A stretch of 64,000 nucleotides of DNA from Syntrophales bacterium (lineage in GTDB: Bacteria > Desulfobacterota > Syntrophia > Syntrophales > UBA2210). The DNA is taken from contig CAXXNF010000002.1 of NCBI GenBank assembly GCA_963666365.2, positions 128,001 through 192,000 on the forward strand, written 5' to 3'. The notes under the pieces are model-generated. The model did no database searches and was not told where the DNA came from. It was given only the letters and a program-made list of their open reading frames with translations. Below are positions 21,101 to 29,532 of this stretch, one piece after another; position 1 is the stretch's first letter, and each line of letters starts with the position of its first letter. The position numbers and the translations under genes were made by a program.

Positions 21101-21463
21101 CCCAATATGGGGACTATGGACATGGAGGTCATCGTACGCGATAAAATGGTGCGTGTGGTATTTCGGGTCGAGGGTACAGAGGTGAGCCGATTTCTCAATG
21201 CCAATGTTGAACAGTTGAGAAATTCGCTTGCCGGTCAGGGATTGACGGTCGACTCGATACTCGTCAGCGGACAGGGAGAACAGGCGAGCGGTGAACGGTA
21301 CGGATCCGCCCAGGGCGGACAATTCTTTCAGCATGAAGGCAACAGAAGCGGCAATCATGCCGGTGAAAAATATGGCGGTTCCATGACGGCGCAAAAGGAT
21401 AACCCGCCTGAAGCGAAAAACGCCACAGACCATCTCCACGGAATGGTGAGTCTCTTCGTGTGA
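18152..21463 (+). CDS. fliK: Very long hook-length control protein FliK with internal tandem repeats
   Basis: C-terminal T3S4 domain (KIALNPPNMGTMDMEV...LRNSLAGQGLTVDSILV); immediately upstream of flgD-flgE. Start is GTG 18152 or ATG 18200. Confidence 0.9.
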   Translation: MTFPLFSHSLTQDATVMKNPKPGNAPAALTALSFACDGGLGEDFHDILKEQCATIRKGMPGDSRWRECREVTVPRDADGTHCLPGMKSPLRNEQLPIPDSEKIGVLPSKAHPNEPLNRMDRGMVLNAVRAALHATRPVKNTAASFSEDRPFALLRTLMRGSGDDESAAGALADRTGSAQPSVSASAVETAAPDRTPGADHDRAEAVMGALLTGLPGNCLLSGRLAAATEIVSDAGGTPPPSLALGDRMGSAQSSASVPVVETAAPDRAVGNSKGQAEAAIGALLTGLLGNYLLSGRAAATETVSDGGGAPPPSLALADRTGSAQPSVSAPSVETSAPDRAVGNSKGQAEMAIGALLTGLPRNYLLSVGAAATETVSDGGGAPPPSLALADRTGSAQPSVSAPSVETSAPDRAVGNSKGQAEMAIGALLTGLLGNYLLSGRAAATETVSDGEGAPPPSLALADRAGSAQPSVSAPSVETSAPDRAVGNSKGQAEAAIGALLTGLLGNYLLSGRAAATETVSDGGGAPPPSLALADRTGNAQPLVSAPSVETSAPDRAVGNSKGQAEAARGALLTGLGVMAPVSKELPLELSRILEIVGRTLSPEAVSADPQGAVSGAMKEAVFHYFKGQGAGFGNNQAAMQFGGGTMQESVYAPAMGNIMKEGPFTKPGTTNPGGKVFLGADSGVSVQDERKGMLQAVVDEASRRQERDGAMPKEGSTRLRSTGVPAAGSNENEQILTRYRNEQTSPAGSDPGRLSLGASWERTRVYRVSSDALPGQQAEATESVRMKGVPGYGAIVSKEKGVAMHARQDVKKKSPGKGGLSDTPQSPPTFISGEVGKEAHKTDRNGQSLLRDVRKFRLIDRNASERPAQGNSPDVEKEALRQQPESGRQVLPSLSGGEEPAGMKRFDVELQERALSQKEAVSTNQSQPTVRHAQAVDSFPGTEMRAPADDRPVKTEMLVERVLAAVSNPAKGGVNRVKIALNPPNMGTMDMEVIVRDKMVRVVFRVEGTEVSRFLNANVEQLRNSLAGQGLTVDSILVSGQGEQASGERYGSAQGGQFFQHEGNRSGNHAGEKYGGSMTAQKDNPPEAKNATDHLHGMVSLFV
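18659..19876 (+). repeat. In-frame tandem repeat with a 216-bp (72-aa) unit, 5 full copies plus 1 partial
   Basis: Units start at 18659 (219 bp), 18878, 19094, 19310, 19526 and 19742 (partial). Typical unit: ALADRTGSAQPSVSAPSVETSAPDRAVGNSKGQAExAIGALLTGLLGNYLLSGRAAATETVSDGGGAPPPSL. Confidence 0.97.
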
Positions 21464-21482
21464 GAGGAAAAAATGAGAGGTA

Positions 21483-22127
21483 ATGTCTATGTCAACGATT
21501 AGTGCGGTCAATCCAACAAATGCGACTGTCGGGACGAGTGCGACTCAATCTTCCACCATGGGCAAGGATGAGTTCCTCCGACTGCTGATCACACAGCTCA
21601 AGAATCAGGACCCTCTCAATCCGATGGATGGTGCGGAATTCACGGCACAGCTTGCCCAATTTTCAAGTCTGGAACAACTGTACAACCTTAACGATCAATT
21701 TAAAACCTTTGGTTCATCACAACTGACAATGAACAATATGAAGTCGGTTGACCTGATCGGCAGGGAGATAACCACGGAGGGTAAGGGACTCGTGGTGGAT
21801 GGCGATAGCACGCACATCTCCTACACTCTCGATGAAACCGTGAAAAGCGGGACCATCGAAATTTATAATTCCGACGGTAAAGTTGCGGCCACACTCGATA
21901 TCGGCAGTCAGGATGCGGGAGAACACTCTGTAGAATGGGACTGCAGTGCCATAGAAAGGGGAAATTACTCCTTTGAAGTGGCGGCACAGGGGTCGGACGG
22001 TAAAAATGTTTCGTACACCCCTCATATGCAGGGGATTGTGACGGGCGTGATCTTCAAGGAAGATGGGGTGTACCTCGCGGTAGGCGATGAAGAAATCGCT
22101 GCAAAGGACGTCACATCGGTCCAATGA
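21483..22127 (+). CDS. flgD: Hook cap protein FlgD
   Basis: FLRLLITQLKNQDPLNPMD..FTAQLAQFS.LEQ. Confidence 0.97.
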   Translation: MSMSTISAVNPTNATVGTSATQSSTMGKDEFLRLLITQLKNQDPLNPMDGAEFTAQLAQFSSLEQLYNLNDQFKTFGSSQLTMNNMKSVDLIGREITTEGKGLVVDGDSTHISYTLDETVKSGTIEIYNSDGKVAATLDIGSQDAGEHSVEWDCSAIERGNYSFEVAAQGSDGKNVSYTPHMQGIVTGVIFKEDGVYLAVGDEEIAAKDVTSVQ

Positions 22128-22171
22128 ATAAATGTGAAAATAACACTATATAGCGTAAGGAGGAAACACAG

Positions 22172-23710
22172 ATGGCCAGTTCATTGTATGCAGGAATTTC
22201 GGGGCTTAATGCAAGCGCGAAGCAGTTGGATGTGATCGGTAATAATATTGCCAACGTCAACACGGTAGGATTCAGGGCAGGCAAAATTCAATTTGCCGAC
22301 ATTCTCAGCCAGAGCATGTCCGGAGGGTCATCCAATGCCATGCAGATCGGGCGCGGAGTTGCCGTATCGGATATTGCAACACAATTCTCTTCCGGATCCG
22401 TGGAAACCACATCCAATGCCACGGACCTTTCCATTGACGGCGAGGGCTTTTTCATGGTGAATGATCCCAATGGAGGCACCTACTATACCAGGGCTGGCGC
22501 CTTTCATCTCGACAGTGGCGGAAATCTCGTTGATGTGAACGGTTACACCGTGCAGGGGTATAACCTGTTAAGCGCTAATCCAAATACCATTACCGATATA
22601 TCCCTCAAGGATGTGCAATCGAATCCGGAGGTGACCACTACCGTGTCGGTCGGCGCCAATCTCAATTCCCAGACGGATGCGGGACGCATTTTTAACGCGG
22701 CACAGACCGTGTATGATTCGCTGGGTCAGGTTCATACGCTGAAGATGGAATTTCAGAAAACGGAAGCAAATGGATGCTGGAGCGTTCAGGCCTATCTGGA
22801 TAATAACGAAGTGAATGCCATGGATTATAGCGGACTGGCCTTTGATGAAAATGGGACGCTCGAGAGTGTGTACGGCGCAACGGCCACTGAGACATTAACC
22901 ACCGTCGCCGGTACCGCCACCGTTGCTGTTGATAGAGAAGGGCAGATCTACCGGGACGGCGCCGTGACCCTCACGCGCGGGGCAGCGGCCGGGGTTTGGA
23001 CGATCGCCAGTGCCGAATATGAAAATGCGGTGATCGCATCGTCAGGCGCCGATGGCGTCGATGATTTGCTGGCCATCGATCTGGATGGGGCAGGCGGCGC
23101 CGATATCACCGTGAGTCTCGGCGGCACTTGGGCGGCGGCGGACACGGTTGCGCTTGCCCTTGACCAGACGGCAACCGCTCCCGTTGATATTACCATGCAG
23201 GCAGCCGCGCTTTCAAACGGTGCGACCATCGGTCTTTCTGAGAGCGGCGTCAATGAGGTGACCTGGGATCTGGCCGGCGCCGACGCCGAGGCACTCACGG
23301 GATTTGCCAGCACCTCGGTGGTTAAGGCCCTGACGCACGACGGCTATGCATCCGGTGTGCTGCAGAGTATTTCCGTCCAGTCCGACGGTACTATCACAGG
23401 CTTTTTCACCAACGGTCAGACGTCGAGCGTCGGGCAGCTTGTGCTGGCCGATTTTTCGAATCCCTCGGGTCTTCAGCGGATGGGATCGAATCTCTTCGGT
23501 GAGACGCTGTCGTCCGGAGTGGCCATCAAGAACGCGCCGGGTTCGGCCGGCATGGGTGAGCTTACCGCCAACTCGCTTGAACTTTCAAACACGGATTTGG
23601 CCACTGAGTTCGTGAACATGATCACGGCGCAGCGCGCCTATCAGGCAAGTGCAAAGGTGGTGACTACCACCGATACGCTTATGAGCGAACTGATGAATAT
23701 CAAGAGATAA
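22172..23710 (+). CDS. flgE: Hook protein FlgE
   Basis: GNNIANVNTVGF, YTRAGAF, VYDSLG, LELSNTDLATEFVNMITAQRAYQA. Confidence 0.97.
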   Translation: MASSLYAGISGLNASAKQLDVIGNNIANVNTVGFRAGKIQFADILSQSMSGGSSNAMQIGRGVAVSDIATQFSSGSVETTSNATDLSIDGEGFFMVNDPNGGTYYTRAGAFHLDSGGNLVDVNGYTVQGYNLLSANPNTITDISLKDVQSNPEVTTTVSVGANLNSQTDAGRIFNAAQTVYDSLGQVHTLKMEFQKTEANGCWSVQAYLDNNEVNAMDYSGLAFDENGTLESVYGATATETLTTVAGTATVAVDREGQIYRDGAVTLTRGAAAGVWTIASAEYENAVIASSGADGVDDLLAIDLDGAGGADITVSLGGTWAAADTVALALDQTATAPVDITMQAAALSNGATIGLSESGVNEVTWDLAGADAEALTGFASTSVVKALTHDGYASGVLQSISVQSDGTITGFFTNGQTSSVGQLVLADFSNPSGLQRMGSNLFGETLSSGVAIKNAPGSAGMGELTANSLELSNTDLATEFVNMITAQRAYQASAKVVTTTDTLMSELMNIKR

Positions 23711-24043
23711 GCGAAAAAGGCAGGAAGAGGTATGGATGTCAAAAAAGTGGAAAGGGTGTGAGAGAGGCGCCAGCGAGAATGGACTTCTCATATTCATCAC
23801 GGCTTTCCAAGAGACACCGGTTTTTGGCGGGGGGGGAGCGACTCTGTCGCTCCTGCTGTCAAATTAATGACGACTTGTCAAAAAGACATTTCACCGTCAG
23901 GTGTGCTGGGGAAATCCCCCTGCTCAGGACGGCCTTAGGACGAACTTTCTTAACCCTTCAATAAATACATCATTCGCGTTGTTTTCACCGGCTTTTCTGC
24001 ATTCGTCCGGCATTGCAATGTCCCTCTGGCCCAGTGTTTGGGT

Positions 24044-24060
24044 TTGGTACGGTATTTGCT
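24044..24060 (+). promoter_or_regulatory. Sigma-54 promoter of the motA operon
   Basis: TTGGTACGGTATTTGCT (GG-N10-GC), about 35 bp before ATG 24096. Confidence 0.85.
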
Positions 24061-24095
24061 CATTCTTTCCCAAAATCGACGACGGATGCGTAGAA

Positions 24096-24857
24096 ATGGA
24101 TCTTGCCACTATTGCGGGTATTTTAAGCGGTTTCGGACTTGTCATAGTTGCCATGAGTATGGGGGGAGGACTCTCGTGGTTTATTAATATTCCTTCGGCA
24201 CTTATCGTGATGGGCGGGACGTTGGGGGCGGTCCTTATCAACTACCCCATAACGGATATGCTGGGCGTCATGAAAGTGGCGAAGCAGGTGTTCTTTCAAA
24301 AGGAAATAAGTGCAAACTGGGCGATAGAAACGCTCATCGACATGTCAAAAACCGCCCGGCGTGAAGGAATACTGGCACTGGAAAAGAGGGTCGATGAGAT
24401 AAAAGATCCCTTCTTTTCCAAGGGAATCGGTCTGATGATTGACGGCATCGAACCGGGAACACTCTCGAAGATTCTGCATACCGAGCTGGAGTTTATCGAG
24501 GAGCGGCACCGGCTGGGCGCCGAAATATTTACCACCATGGGAAACTTCGCCCCCGCCATGGGGATGATGGGCACGCTGATCGGCCTGGTCAAGATGCTTA
24601 TGCAGATGGATGATCCCAGTTCAATCGGACCGGCCATGGCCGTGGCACTGATCACCACCTTCTATGGCGTTATCCTCGCCAACATGGTGTTCCTGCCCAT
24701 TGCGGGAAAATTAAAAACACGGAGCGCGCAGGAGCTTCTGGTAAAGCAGATGATGATCAATGGGATTCTCTCGGTTCAGTCGGGAGACAATCCCCGTGTG
24801 TTGGAGCAGAAGCTGCACTCTTTCATCTCTCCGGGGAAACGGAAGTCGGTCCTGTAA
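24096..24857 (+). CDS. motA: Stator A subunit (MotA/PomA-type)
   Basis: MDLATIAG, ARREGILALE, APAMGMMGTLIGL, GPAMAVALITTFYG. The start is ATG 24096, not 23901. Confidence 0.95.
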   Translation: MDLATIAGILSGFGLVIVAMSMGGGLSWFINIPSALIVMGGTLGAVLINYPITDMLGVMKVAKQVFFQKEISANWAIETLIDMSKTARREGILALEKRVDEIKDPFFSKGIGLMIDGIEPGTLSKILHTELEFIEERHRLGAEIFTTMGNFAPAMGMMGTLIGLVKMLMQMDDPSSIGPAMAVALITTFYGVILANMVFLPIAGKLKTRSAQELLVKQMMINGILSVQSGDNPRVLEQKLHSFISPGKRKSVL

Positions 24858-24859
24858 CC

Positions 24860-25642
24860 ATGGAGCAAGAGCAGATCAGAAGACGAAAAGGCGCCCCTTC
24901 AGGGGCTACATGGGAGACGATATATTGTTCCCTTGCACTCATTCTGGTCGCGTTTTTTGCCATGCTCGTATCCTATTCGAGCATAGATGAGGGAAAGACG
25001 ACGAATTTTAAGCGTGGATTCGGCGGTGATCAGCCCAAAGGGATAGAGGGTCTTATGTCCTACGGTACGGGTGGGTTCAAGACGGATAAGGGGAAAGGCA
25101 GCGCGATTCTTAAGCCTTCAAAGGATATTATCAAAGATGAACATTCGAAGGCGATGCTTACGCTCAAGATGTTGAAAAAATATCTGCGCGATACGGGGCT
25201 GGATAATGTCATTCGAGTGGAACAGACACAGGGCGGCTTTAAGGCCGTGTTTGAAGACGATGTGCTCTTCCCCTCGGGCGTGGCGGAGATTTCCCCGGCG
25301 CTCTACCCTGTGCTGGATCGATTGACTCAGGTTGCCAGGGAGAGCGTCTTCGATGTGTGGATCGAGGGTCATACGGATACGATTCCGATAGCAACGCCGC
25401 GCTTTCCCTCGAACTGGGAATTGTCCACCGACAGGGCCGTCAGCGTTCTCCGGTATTTTATGGAGCGGGGCGGTGTGCCGGCGAAGCGGCTTTTCGCTGT
25501 GGGATTCGGGCAGTATCGGCCGGTGGCGTCGAATGATACTGCCGAGGGGCGAGGGAAAAATCGCCGTGTCGAATGTCGATTCGAAAAGGCGGTTGCTCAC
25601 GATTCGGGAGAAAAAGGGGGGACCGATGGGAAGACGCCGTAG
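24860..25642 (+). CDS. motB: MotB-like stator B subunit lacking the conserved TM aspartate
   Basis: Single TM WETIYCSLALILVAFF plus OmpA-like domain (EGHTD, SNWELSTDRA, KNRRVE). Confidence 0.85.
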   Translation: MEQEQIRRRKGAPSGATWETIYCSLALILVAFFAMLVSYSSIDEGKTTNFKRGFGGDQPKGIEGLMSYGTGGFKTDKGKGSAILKPSKDIIKDEHSKAMLTLKMLKKYLRDTGLDNVIRVEQTQGGFKAVFEDDVLFPSGVAEISPALYPVLDRLTQVARESVFDVWIEGHTDTIPIATPRFPSNWELSTDRAVSVLRYFMERGGVPAKRLFAVGFGQYRPVASNDTAEGRGKNRRVECRFEKAVAHDSGEKGGTDGKTP

Positions 25643-26306
25643 TGAAGAGGCGGATCAGGGCGGTAAGTGGCTGACCACTTTCAACGATCTGGTAACACTT
25701 CTGCTCACCTTTTTTGTGCTTACCCTGTCGCTTTCGAAACTGGATACGGCAAAGGTGAAGGAGATGTCGCGCTCTGTGAACTCTGCAATGGGAAGGCTCG
25801 AGGAAGGAACGAAGGTCGGCATACAGGTGTTTGAACCGTTTGTCCATCCGATCCGACACTACGGTTTGCCCCTGGAAAAAAAGAAAAAAGTCCTGGCAAA
25901 GAAGATTGCAGAACAGGGAACCATGGATGCGGAGGTACTCGAGAAAGGCGTCAGAGTTACAATGGATGAAAAAGTGCTGTTCGCCACGGGTGAAGCGGAA
26001 ATTCAATCACGGTTTTTCGATGATTTGCGTGTGCTTTGCCTGGAGTTTCGTGAGGTGGAAGGGGAGATTTGCGTGGAGGGGCATACTGATGATGTTCCTA
26101 TCAATACCGCTCGATTTCCTTCCAACTGGGAGCTTTCATCTGCCCGAGCGGCCAGCGTGGTCAGATTCATGGTGGAGCAGGGCATTGCGCCGGAGCGGCT
26201 GTCCGTTGCGGGCTATGGTGATTTCCGTCCACGTCGCGAGGGCGGTGAACGCGCCGACAGGGCCGCAAACAGACGAGTTGAAATCGTGGTGAAGGTAAAG
26301 GAATGA
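25626..26306 (+). CDS. motB: Stator B subunit with the canonical Asp
   Basis: WLTTFNDLVTLLLTFFVL, EGHTDD, SNWELSSARA, NRRVEI; start at ATG 25626. Confidence 0.93.
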   Translation: MGRRRSEEADQGGKWLTTFNDLVTLLLTFFVLTLSLSKLDTAKVKEMSRSVNSAMGRLEEGTKVGIQVFEPFVHPIRHYGLPLEKKKKVLAKKIAEQGTMDAEVLEKGVRVTMDEKVLFATGEAEIQSRFFDDLRVLCLEFREVEGEICVEGHTDDVPINTARFPSNWELSSARAASVVRFMVEQGIAPERLSVAGYGDFRPRREGGERADRAANRRVEIVVKVKE

Positions 26307-26318
26307 CAAGGAGGTACG

Positions 26319-26810
26319 ATGGCTGCGGAAGAAAAAAAAGAAAGTAATGAAGCTTCGGAGAAAAAGGGAAAATCCGGTTTTGGCATCAAAGTGATCATTG
26401 GCGCCCTTGTACTTATTCTGGCTGCCGGAGGTGCATTTTTCGGATGGAAAATGTACACAAGCCGAATGGTTGCACTCGAGAAAAAACAGGAAGAGCCGGC
26501 CGTCAAAATCGGGACGCTTTGGTCGCTCGGCCCCATGATTGTCAATCTTCTCGATAATGAAGGCGAGAGATACCTGAAGGTGAACATTGAGATAGAGCTG
26601 TCAAGTCCCGAATGTGCAGCGGAACTCGACCTTCTGAGACCGAAGATCATGGACGGCATTCTGGACCTCCTTTCTTCGAAATCATACAAGGAGATTGTAG
26701 GGTTCGAGGGGAAACAGCATCTGAGAGATGAAATTTCGATGCGCATAAACAATTATCTCAGCAAAGGGCGCATTGTGCATGTGTATTTTACCGAGTTTGT
26801 CGTGCAGTAG
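26319..26810 (+). CDS. fliL: Flagellar basal body-associated protein FliL
   Basis: N-terminal TM, IVNL, EGKQHLRDEI, VYFTEFVVQ. Confidence 0.95.
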   Translation: MAAEEKKESNEASEKKGKSGFGIKVIIGALVLILAAGGAFFGWKMYTSRMVALEKKQEEPAVKIGTLWSLGPMIVNLLDNEGERYLKVNIEIELSSPECAAELDLLRPKIMDGILDLLSSKSYKEIVGFEGKQHLRDEISMRINNYLSKGRIVHVYFTEFVVQ

Positions 26811-26861
26811 CATGCGACATAATTTCCTGTATCGGTAATTAAGAAAGAAAGTAGCAAGCCC

Positions 26862-27857
26862 ATGTCTCAAATATTGTCACAAAACGAAGTTGACGCACTT
26901 CTTCGGGGCATTTCGGAAGGCGAAGTCGAGGCGACGCAGCAGGGAGCGGCGCTCCAAGCGTCGGAGCCTGCCGGTGTCGTTGCCTACGACTTGACGAGTC
27001 ATAAAAAGATCGTCAGGGAACGAATGCCTTCCCTCGAAATCACCAATGAAAAATTCGGCCGACTTTTCAGAACAACCCTGTCGTCGATGCTCAGAAGGGT
27101 GGTCGGCGTAAGTTCCGGGCGGATAGACATGATCAAGTATGAGGAATTTTTGCGATCGCTCCCCTTTCCCACGAGCATGCATATTTTTAAAATGGAGCCG
27201 CTGAAGGGGAATATGGTGTTTATTGTGGAGTCGCAATTTATCTTCACGCTGGTTGATCTCCTTTTCGGGGGCACAGGGCGTGAGATATTCAAGCTGGAGG
27301 GACGAGACTTTACTTCCATAGAAAACAATATCGTGAAAAGGGTCGTGCTCAGTGCGCTGGCTGATCTCGAAGAGGCATGGCGCACTATAATCGACGTCAA
27401 AATATCCTACAAGCGCGCCGAAGCAAATCCCCAATTCGCCCAGATTGTCGGCCCTGCCGATGTGGTGATGGTAATTCCTTTCGATTTGGAAATGGAGTTT
27501 GCCTCGGGCAGAGTGACCGTCTGCATACCCTATTCCACACTGGAACCGATAAAGGACAAGCTTCAAGGAGGCTATCAGAGCGACAAGCTCGAATCGGACA
27601 GAGAATGGACGCAACGAATGAAGGAGGAACTGAGTCTTGCCGAGCTGGGACTGTCCGTCGAGCTGGGTGCCACGGAATTACCCGGGCGGGATATTTTGAA
27701 TCTGCGAATAGGGGACGTAATTCTCTTTGACCGGCATTGTAACGACGACCTCGACATCTTCGTGGAAGGACAATTGAAATTCAAGGGGCAACCGGGCGTG
27801 TTCAAAGGGAATCAATCCGTTCTGGTCGCGCAGGTGGTGACGGACGGCAAGGAATAA
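26862..27857 (+). CDS. fliM: Motor switch protein FliM
   Basis: CheY-binding peptide ILSQNEVDALL, LLFGGTG, E.NPQF. Confidence 0.96.
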   Translation: MSQILSQNEVDALLRGISEGEVEATQQGAALQASEPAGVVAYDLTSHKKIVRERMPSLEITNEKFGRLFRTTLSSMLRRVVGVSSGRIDMIKYEEFLRSLPFPTSMHIFKMEPLKGNMVFIVESQFIFTLVDLLFGGTGREIFKLEGRDFTSIENNIVKRVVLSALADLEEAWRTIIDVKISYKRAEANPQFAQIVGPADVVMVIPFDLEMEFASGRVTVCIPYSTLEPIKDKLQGGYQSDKLESDREWTQRMKEELSLAELGLSVELGATELPGRDILNLRIGDVILFDRHCNDDLDIFVEGQLKFKGQPGVFKGNQSVLVAQVVTDGKE

Positions 27858-27869
27858 CATGAGGGAGGA

Positions 27870-28268
27870 ATGGATTCAATGAAGAACGATGAGGATATCG
27901 GATGGGGAGATGCAATGAATGAACAGAATGCATCCACATCTCTGTCAAAAAGGGATGTGCAGAGCGTCACCTTTGATGAAATCGAAAAACAGACGGCGCC
28001 GCAGGGCGGGCTCAATCTTGATTTTATACTTGAAATACCGCTGAAAGTGTCCGCCGAACTGGGACGCTCCAAAATGCTGGTGGGCGACCTCCTGCAATTG
28101 GGACAGGGTTCCGTCATTGAACTGGACAAAATGGCCGGTGAGCCGATGGATATTTATGTCAACAGTCGGCTGATCGCCAGGGGCGAGGTAATTGTGGCGA
28201 ATGAAAAATTCGGTGTTCGGTTGACCGATGTGATATCGCCGGCCGAACGAATCAATAATCTGAAATAG
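27870..28268 (+). CDS. fliN: Motor switch protein FliN
   Basis: ILEIPLKVSAELG, GSVIELDK, ARGEV, FGVR. Confidence 0.96.
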   Translation: MDSMKNDEDIGWGDAMNEQNASTSLSKRDVQSVTFDEIEKQTAPQGGLNLDFILEIPLKVSAELGRSKMLVGDLLQLGQGSVIELDKMAGEPMDIYVNSRLIARGEVIVANEKFGVRLTDVISPAERINNLK

Positions 28269-28291
28269 AAGATGAAGAGACTATAGCCGAT

Positions 28292-28699
28292 ATGAATTCC
28301 CCCGATCTTATGCCGGCCCTTTTAAAGATGTTTTCTGCCCTTTCACTGGTAGTGGGCATTGCCTTCATTACACTCTGGGCCTTTCGCAAACTGATGAACG
28401 GGAAGGTCTGTTCCCGGAGAGATGCAAAGGCCATAGAAATTGTTTCGTCAAAATATCTGGGGAGCAAGCACAGCATCGTGCTTGTCGATGTGGTGGGACA
28501 TATCCTTGTGGTGGGGATCTCTCCGAACGGTATGTCGACGCTTGCGCAACTCGATGACGAGGATTCCCGTGATCAGCTGGCAGGTATGGACGGACAAAGG
28601 GGCGAGGGCATTCCCTTTACTGCATGCCTGTCCCACCTGACATCGCGATTTTACTCCGCCGGTGAGTCCGATGAAAGACAACGTGATTCCCATGCATAA
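28292..28699 (+). CDS. fliO: Flagellar biosynthesis protein FliO
   Basis: N-terminal TM then LGSKHSIVLVDV...LVVG; lies between fliN and fliP. Confidence 0.88.
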   Translation: MNSPDLMPALLKMFSALSLVVGIAFITLWAFRKLMNGKVCSRRDAKAIEIVSSKYLGSKHSIVLVDVVGHILVVGISPNGMSTLAQLDDEDSRDQLAGMDGQRGEGIPFTACLSHLTSRFYSAGESDERQRDSHA

Positions 28700-29462
28700 A
28701 AGGAGCATTCTTTACATTCTTGTTGCGGTGAGCCTCTGCGCCATGGCGTGCTTGCCGGTGAATGCCGTCGGTGCCCAGGGATTCCCAATTCCTTCGATAG
28801 AACTGTCATTCGGCGATTCAGGTGATGATCCGAACCGGATATCGGTGGCGCTGCAGCTCCTTTTTGTTTTTACGGTGCTTTCGCTGGCGCCGGCCATACT
28901 CGTCATGGTCACGTCCTTTACGCGCATCGTGGTGGTGCTGTCTCTTCTGCGTCATGCCCTGGGGACTCAGCAGATCCCCGCAAACCAGATTGTGATCGGC
29001 CTGTCCCTCTTTCTGACCTTTTTTATCATGATGCCTGTGTGGAACAACGTATACGAGGGGGGGATTCAGCCCTATGTCAATGAGGAGATGGAGGCGGCCG
29101 ATGCTCTTGCTGCCGCAACAGAACCGCTTAAACAGTTTATGATGACTCATACCCGGGAGAAGGACCTGGCGCTGTTCCTGAGAATTTCAAAGACCGAAAA
29201 ACCGGAATCCCCCGAAGGTATGGGTCTTGCCGTATTGGTTCCTGCCTTTGTCATCAGCGAGCTGAAGACGGCCTTTCAGATCGGATTCATGATATACATG
29301 CCCTTTCTGATACTGGACATGGTAGTGGCAAGCGTGCTTCTCTCCATGGGCATGCTGATGCTGCCCCCGATTATGGTCAGTCTTCCCTTCAAGCTTTTGC
29401 TTTTCGTACTGGTCGACGGCTGGTATCTGATTGTCGGGTCGCTGGTGGAGAGTTTTAAGTAG
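28692..29462 (+). CDS. fliP: Export gate protein FliP
   Basis: TSFTRI, PAFVISELKTAFQIGF, SLPFKLLLFVLVDGW. Confidence 0.97.
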   Translation: MHKRSILYILVAVSLCAMACLPVNAVGAQGFPIPSIELSFGDSGDDPNRISVALQLLFVFTVLSLAPAILVMVTSFTRIVVVLSLLRHALGTQQIPANQIVIGLSLFLTFFIMMPVWNNVYEGGIQPYVNEEMEAADALAAATEPLKQFMMTHTREKDLALFLRISKTEKPESPEGMGLAVLVPAFVISELKTAFQIGFMIYMPFLILDMVVASVLLSMGMLMLPPIMVSLPFKLLLFVLVDGWYLIVGSLVESFK

Positions 29463-29515
29463 GGGAAGTGGGAAAAGTAAGAAAAGTAGGAAGAGTAGGA
29501 ACGGTAAGAAAAGTC
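29462..29515 (+). repeat. Purine-rich degenerate 9-mer array between fliP and fliQ
   Basis: ggggaagtg ggaaaagta agaaaagta ggaagagta ggaacggta agaaaagtc. Confidence 0.8.
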
Positions 29516-29532
29516 TTCGCGGAGGTGCAGAT

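Noticed and set aside
23901..24095. N-terminal extensions in the ORF track (motA, and likewise MFS, SPOR/TPR, flgB, fliH, motB2, fliQ, DUF456)
   Set aside because: The extensions overlap promoters or neighbouring genes. Downstream starts fit the family N-termini and ribosome-binding sites.
28265..28294. GCCGATAT before fliO as a sigma-28 promoter
   Set aside because: There is no TAAA at 15-bp spacing, and the element overlaps the start codon.
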